From assembly GCA_049322255.1 (NCBI GenBank), contig JBMORE010000031.1:1-32257 (forward strand): a DNA stretch of 32,257 nt, given 5' to 3'. How positions within the stretch are numbered: the first letter of the stretch is position 1; each line of letters opens with the position of its first letter. The stretch comes from Myxococcota bacterium (lineage in GTDB: Bacteria > Myxococcota > Myxococcia > Myxococcales > Myxococcaceae). This document shows positions 28,582 through 32,257 of the stretch, in pieces. Under the pieces are notes generated by a model. It worked only from the letters and a program-made list of their open reading frames with translations. It was not told the DNA's origin and did not search any database. Position numbers and translations under genes: made by a program.

Positions 28582-28779
28582 GACGTGCCGCCTTTCCTCG
28601 AGAACCCGCTCACCGCGAGCGGGTTGTTGGTTCGCCAAGCCCTATAGCAGGACGGGGTGACGTCGGATCAAGCGCTCAAACCGGAAACCCGATGAAACGG
28701 AAGCGACGGAGCCCAGCTCCTATGGTCGCCACACCGCGATAGTCTCCGGGGTGGGCAAAGGACGGCGAAGGAGACTCCC

Positions 28780-29124
28780 GTGGCCACCGTCGAGCTGCTC
28801 CACTTTCCGGCGTGTCCCCATGTCCCCGCTGCCCGGGAGCAGTTGCGCCGCGCCTTCGCCGCCGTCGGCCTTCCCCCTCGGTGGACCGAGGTGGACGTGA
28901 CCTCGAAAGCCGCACCGGAGCGCGTGCGCGGCTACGGCTCGCCCAGCATTCTCGTCGATGGTCGCGACGTGGCCGGCGAAGCTCGAGGCGATGGTTCCTC
29001 CTGTCGCGTCTACCCCGAAAGCGACGTGCGCGGCGCGCCTCCCCTCGAGGCGATTGTTTTGGCGCTCCAGGCAACGGCCAGCAAGGTGAACGACGCTGTT
29101 CTCACTCCCGGAGATGACGGATGA
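28780..29124 (+). CDS. Small thioredoxin-fold protein of the type often found with mer/alkylmercury lyase genes
   Basis: ELLHFPACPH, GSPSILVDGRDV, SCRVY; AAGGAG SD before the GTG. Confidence 0.75.
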   Translation: MATVELLHFPACPHVPAAREQLRRAFAAVGLPPRWTEVDVTSKAAPERVRGYGSPSILVDGRDVAGEARGDGSSCRVYPESDVRGAPPLEAIVLALQATASKVNDAVLTPGDDG

Positions 29125-30170
29125 CGAGCTTACGAAAGCTGCTTCTTGGGGTCCTCGTGGGCGCCACCGAAGCGTGGGCCATCTCGCTGCCGTTTTCGAC
29201 GACCTACGACTGCGCCGAACAGCAGGCATACACCCCGTCGCTCAGCTGTGACGGCCTCTCGTGGTACGGCGCTTGGACGACGCAAGCGGGAGCCAATGAG
29301 CAGGTGACTTCTGCTGCCAACTATCCAGATGGCGGTGGGGGCCGCGGACAGCGGCACTGGATAGGCAACGGGCTGAATCAAAACAGCGGGTCCATCCTCT
29401 ACGACTTTCCGGCCACCAACGAAGTGTACGTCCGGTGGTACGTGCGCTGGCAGCCGGGGCTCGCCACCACCTCCGGCTCCAGTGGGCAGAAGGTGTTGTA
29501 CTTCGCCGGCAACGGCTGCGGAAACGGCGGGGGGTGTTACTTCGATATTCAAGGGGCGGCGCTGCGCACCGTGGTCGCCGGGAGGCCCTACACCACGACG
29601 ACCTACGGCTGGAACGCGCTCAACGGAGGCGTCAACTCCTCCACCGGTGCCTGGTCATGCTTCGAAATCCACGTGAAGTCCGAAACCGCCCCCGACGCGG
29701 GAAACGGGGTGGCGCAGTGGTGGATTGACGGCACCCTGCGACATGACCACCGCACCGTCTCGTTCGGCAACTCCGCCACCGGGTTCAATTTCTTCATTCT
29801 TCCCGAAAACGCCAACGTGGTCACCGTAAGTGGCCAAGACATGTACAACGACATCGACGACGTCATCGTGCAAACGACGGGACCGATTGGTTGCATCGTC
29901 GCCGGGGACGCAGGAACCCCTACGGACGCGGGAGCAGAGGTGGACGCAGGCCTCCCGGATGGAGGCAGGGACGAAGACGCTGGAGGCGGGGCGGTCGTCG
30001 ACGCCGGCCAGCCCGATGCCGGTCACGACGACGTCGGGCCAAACGGCTGTGGGTGCGGCGGGACATCGAGCGGACCGTCGATGCTCGTCTTTGCGGTGAT
30101 GGCGGCCAGCGCCCAGCGATGGAGGAGGCGCCGCTTCCCCAAGCCCGCGCAGCCGCCGCGGCCCCTTTAA
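29121..30170 (+). CDS. Secreted beta-sandwich (lyase/LamG-like) protein with MYXO-CTERM-like sorting tail
   Basis: Signal peptide; EVYVRWYVRW, GAWSCFEIHVK and QWWIDG strands; DAG-rich linker; GCGC-hydrophobic-RRRR tail. Confidence 0.75.
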   Translation: MTSLRKLLLGVLVGATEAWAISLPFSTTYDCAEQQAYTPSLSCDGLSWYGAWTTQAGANEQVTSAANYPDGGGGRGQRHWIGNGLNQNSGSILYDFPATNEVYVRWYVRWQPGLATTSGSSGQKVLYFAGNGCGNGGGCYFDIQGAALRTVVAGRPYTTTTYGWNALNGGVNSSTGAWSCFEIHVKSETAPDAGNGVAQWWIDGTLRHDHRTVSFGNSATGFNFFILPENANVVTVSGQDMYNDIDDVIVQTTGPIGCIVAGDAGTPTDAGAEVDAGLPDGGRDEDAGGGAVVDAGQPDAGHDDVGPNGCGCGGTSSGPSMLVFAVMAASAQRWRRRRFPKPAQPPRPL

Positions 30171-31723
30171 CCCAACCGGTCGTTCACCACGGAGCGTAAA
30201 GTCGTGGGGTCGAACGGCTTCTCCACGCAGGTGTTCTGCACGTTCTCGAGGAAAGTTCGCGCGCTGGCGGTGAAAGCGCCGCCGGTGAGGAAAATGACGC
30301 GCGTGGCCTGGTCGGGCGCGAGGCGAGCCAGCTCCTGGTGGAACTCCATGCCGGTCATCAGCGGCATCATCAAGTCGCACAGAATGACGTCATACCGGTC
30401 TCCGCCGGCGATGCGGGAGAGGGCCTCTTTGGCCCAGGTGGTGATGACGACGTCGTGCTGCTTGGCGAGCACGCGTTGAATCGCCTTGGCGATGGTGGGC
30501 TCGTCATCCACCACCAGCACCCGCCCTCTCCGGGCGGCAGCGACCGAAACCGGAACCGCCGCTACCGCCGAAAACGCACGCCGGCCTTGCGGTAAGAGCA
30601 CGGTGAAGGTCGTGCCTTTGCCTACCTCGCTGTCGATGCGTATTTCCCCGCCGAGCGAGTCGACGATTCGACGGCAGATGGGCAGGCCCAGGCCGGTGCC
30701 GACACCCGCCGGCTTGGTGGTGAAGAAGGGCGTGAAGAGCCGGCTCAACACCTCGGGCGACATGCCCGCTCCGCTGTCGCGCACCTCGACCGAGACCCGC
30801 CCGTCCGGCGCCCTCGAGGTCGACAGGCGAATCTCGTTCTGGTCGGCTTTCCCCTCGGGGATGGCCTGCGCCGCGTTGACGATGAGGTTCAAGAACACCT
30901 GCCCGAGCCTGGACTCGCTGGCGTCGACGGAGGGAACTTCCTGGAAGTCTTTGACCAGCCGCGCCCGGTGGCGAACCTCGTTCCATGCCATGCGCGCTGA
31001 AGACTCGAGCACCCGGCGCACGTCCAACGCCGAGCGTTTGTCCTCCTCCGCGCGAGAGAAGATTTTGACGTCCTGCACGATGGTCCGCACGCGGTTCGCC
31101 GCCTCGCGGGCGTCTTCGAGCTCTCCTTGCAGCTCAGCGCCGAGGTCGCCGACGCGAACGGAGGAGGGCAATTGCTCCACGCTTTTGAGGGCCAGCTCCA
31201 CGTTGGCCAGCACACAGGCCAAGGGGTTGTTGATTTCATGCGCCACGCCCGCGGCGAGCGTGCCGATGGACACCATGCGGTCCGACAACATGAGCTGCTC
31301 ACGCAGCCGCTGCTTCTCTTCCTCCGCTTCGCGCCGCTCTCTCCGAACGACGGCCTCGCGCATCTCTCGTTCGATGGCCGGAATCAGCCTGGCCAACCTC
31401 CCCTTGACCAGAAAGTCGTGAGCGCCCGCCTTCAGCGCCTCGACCGCCGTTTCCTCGCCGATGGTTCCGGAGACGATGATGAAGGGCACGTCCTTGCCCG
31501 ACGCGCGTAAGACCGCCAAGGCGTCGAGGGCGGAGAATTGGGGCATCACGTAGTCGGAGAGCACCACGTCCCACGTCTCCCGTTGGAGGGCCTCGCGCAT
31601 GGCTGACTCGCGCTCGACACGCTCGTAGGCGACCTGGTAGCCACCGCGCGCCAGCTCGCGCAACAGGAGCGCGGCGTCGTCCTCGACGTCTTCGACAATC
31701 AACACCCGAATCTGCTCGCTCAT
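30167..31723 (-). CDS. Cytoplasmic hybrid histidine kinase (REC-HisKA-HATPase-REC)
   Basis: REC (VEDV, SDYVMP), [34 protein letters not shown]-terminal REC (VDDE, CDLMMP, EKP). Confidence 0.95.
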   Translation of the reverse strand: MSEQIRVLIVEDVEDDAALLLRELARGGYQVAYERVERESAMREALQRETWDVVLSDYVMPQFSALDALAVLRASGKDVPFIIVSGTIGEETAVEALKAGAHDFLVKGRLARLIPAIEREMREAVVRRERREAEEEKQRLREQLMLSDRMVSIGTLAAGVAHEINNPLACVLANVELALKSVEQLPSSVRVGDLGAELQGELEDAREAANRVRTIVQDVKIFSRAEEDKRSALDVRRVLESSARMAWNEVRHRARLVKDFQEVPSVDASESRLGQVFLNLIVNAAQAIPEGKADQNEIRLSTSRAPDGRVSVEVRDSGAGMSPEVLSRLFTPFFTTKPAGVGTGLGLPICRRIVDSLGGEIRIDSEVGKGTTFTVLLPQGRRAFSAVAAVPVSVAAARRGRVLVVDDEPTIAKAIQRVLAKQHDVVITTWAKEALSRIAGGDRYDVILCDLMMPLMTGMEFHQELARLAPDQATRVIFLTGGAFTASARTFLENVQNTCVEKPFDPTTLRSVVNDRLG

Positions 31724-32184
31724 CGCGCCCCCCTTCGTCCCGTTCCCTCGGGGGAAGGCTCATTGAGCACCAACCAGTAGAGGCCGAGTTGGTGCGCCGC
31801 CTCGATGAAGGCGTTGAAGTCGACCGGCTTTCTGACGAAGCTGTTCGCGCCCAGGTCGTAGCTGGAGATGACGTCGCGCTCCTCGTCGCTCGAGGTGAGC
31901 ACCACCACCGGCAGGCGTTTGGTCCGCTCGTCGGCGCGCAGCCGCTGGAGCACCTCCAGCCCTCCTACCTTCGGAAGCTTCAAGTCGAGCAGCACCACCT
32001 GGGGGTTTTGGGCCTCGTCGCGCTGGGCATGTCGACCTTCGGCGAACAGGTACTCCAGGGCCTCCTCGCCGTCCTGAGCCACCACGATGCGATTGGCCAC
32101 CTTGCTCTTCTCGAAGGCCCGCAAGGTGAGCTCGATGTCGTCGGGGTTGTCCTCGACGAGGAGAATGACGTGGGTCCTGTTCAT
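31720..32184 (-). CDS. Single-domain response regulator (Rcp1-like)
   Basis: [36 protein letters not shown]. Confidence 0.93.
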   Translation of the reverse strand: MNRTHVILLVEDNPDDIELTLRAFEKSKVANRIVVAQDGEEALEYLFAEGRHAQRDEAQNPQVVLLDLKLPKVGGLEVLQRLRADERTKRLPVVVLTSSDEERDVISSYDLGANSFVRKPVDFNAFIEAAHQLGLYWLVLNEPSPEGTGRRGAR

Positions 32185-32257
32185 CGGTTTCCTCCCCCGG
32201 TGGTCCACGGAAGCGTGAAGTAGAAGGTCGCGCCGCCTCCCACCTCGGCCTCGGCCC
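32181..32257 (-). CDS. 3' end of a sensor histidine kinase (truncated by the window edge)
   Basis: [24 protein letters not shown], a typical HATPase C-terminus; ATGA overlap with the response regulator. Confidence 0.8.
   Translation of the reverse strand, partial: AEAEVGGGATFYFTLPWTTGGGNR

Noticed and set aside
28720..28750. Possible MerR-type operator upstream of the thioredoxin-like gene
   Set aside because: Only weak dyad symmetry, with no clear -35/-10 at 19-nt spacing

Overview
High-GC myxobacterial (Myxococcota, probably Cystobacterineae-like) chromosomal window, likely from a draft or metagenome assembly (one 100-N gap). The conserved backbone is pyrG-kdsA-kdsC-HTH/REC regulator; a PilZ-REC (PixA-like), Ser/Thr kinase-like and DUF309 cluster; a partial complex I operon nuoEF-JKLMN; a sigma54 activator (PxrR/Nla19-like); a phosphoribosyltransferase; leucine dehydrogenase; and ssb. 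Cys-rich secreted proteins and lipoproteins are interspersed, with accessory DNA at both ends. Main signals not in the ORF track: (1) a probable Pxr-family sRNA between nuoN and the sigma54 activator, with a -24/-12 promoter, an upstream dyad, a C7-loop hairpin and a terminator, but no adjacent cognate kinase; (2) a ~0.9 kb MntA/HepT toxin-antitoxin islet with a decayed toxin, bracketed by a diverged duplicate of the aldo/keto reductase 3' end; (3) a REP-like palindrome family that supplies stop codons, C-termini and a likely RBS, and forms inverted doublets directly upstream of two Cys-rich lipoprotein genes; (4) a kinase with HRD replaced by HHN. Links to M. xanthus genes are recalled from the literature, not from searches.
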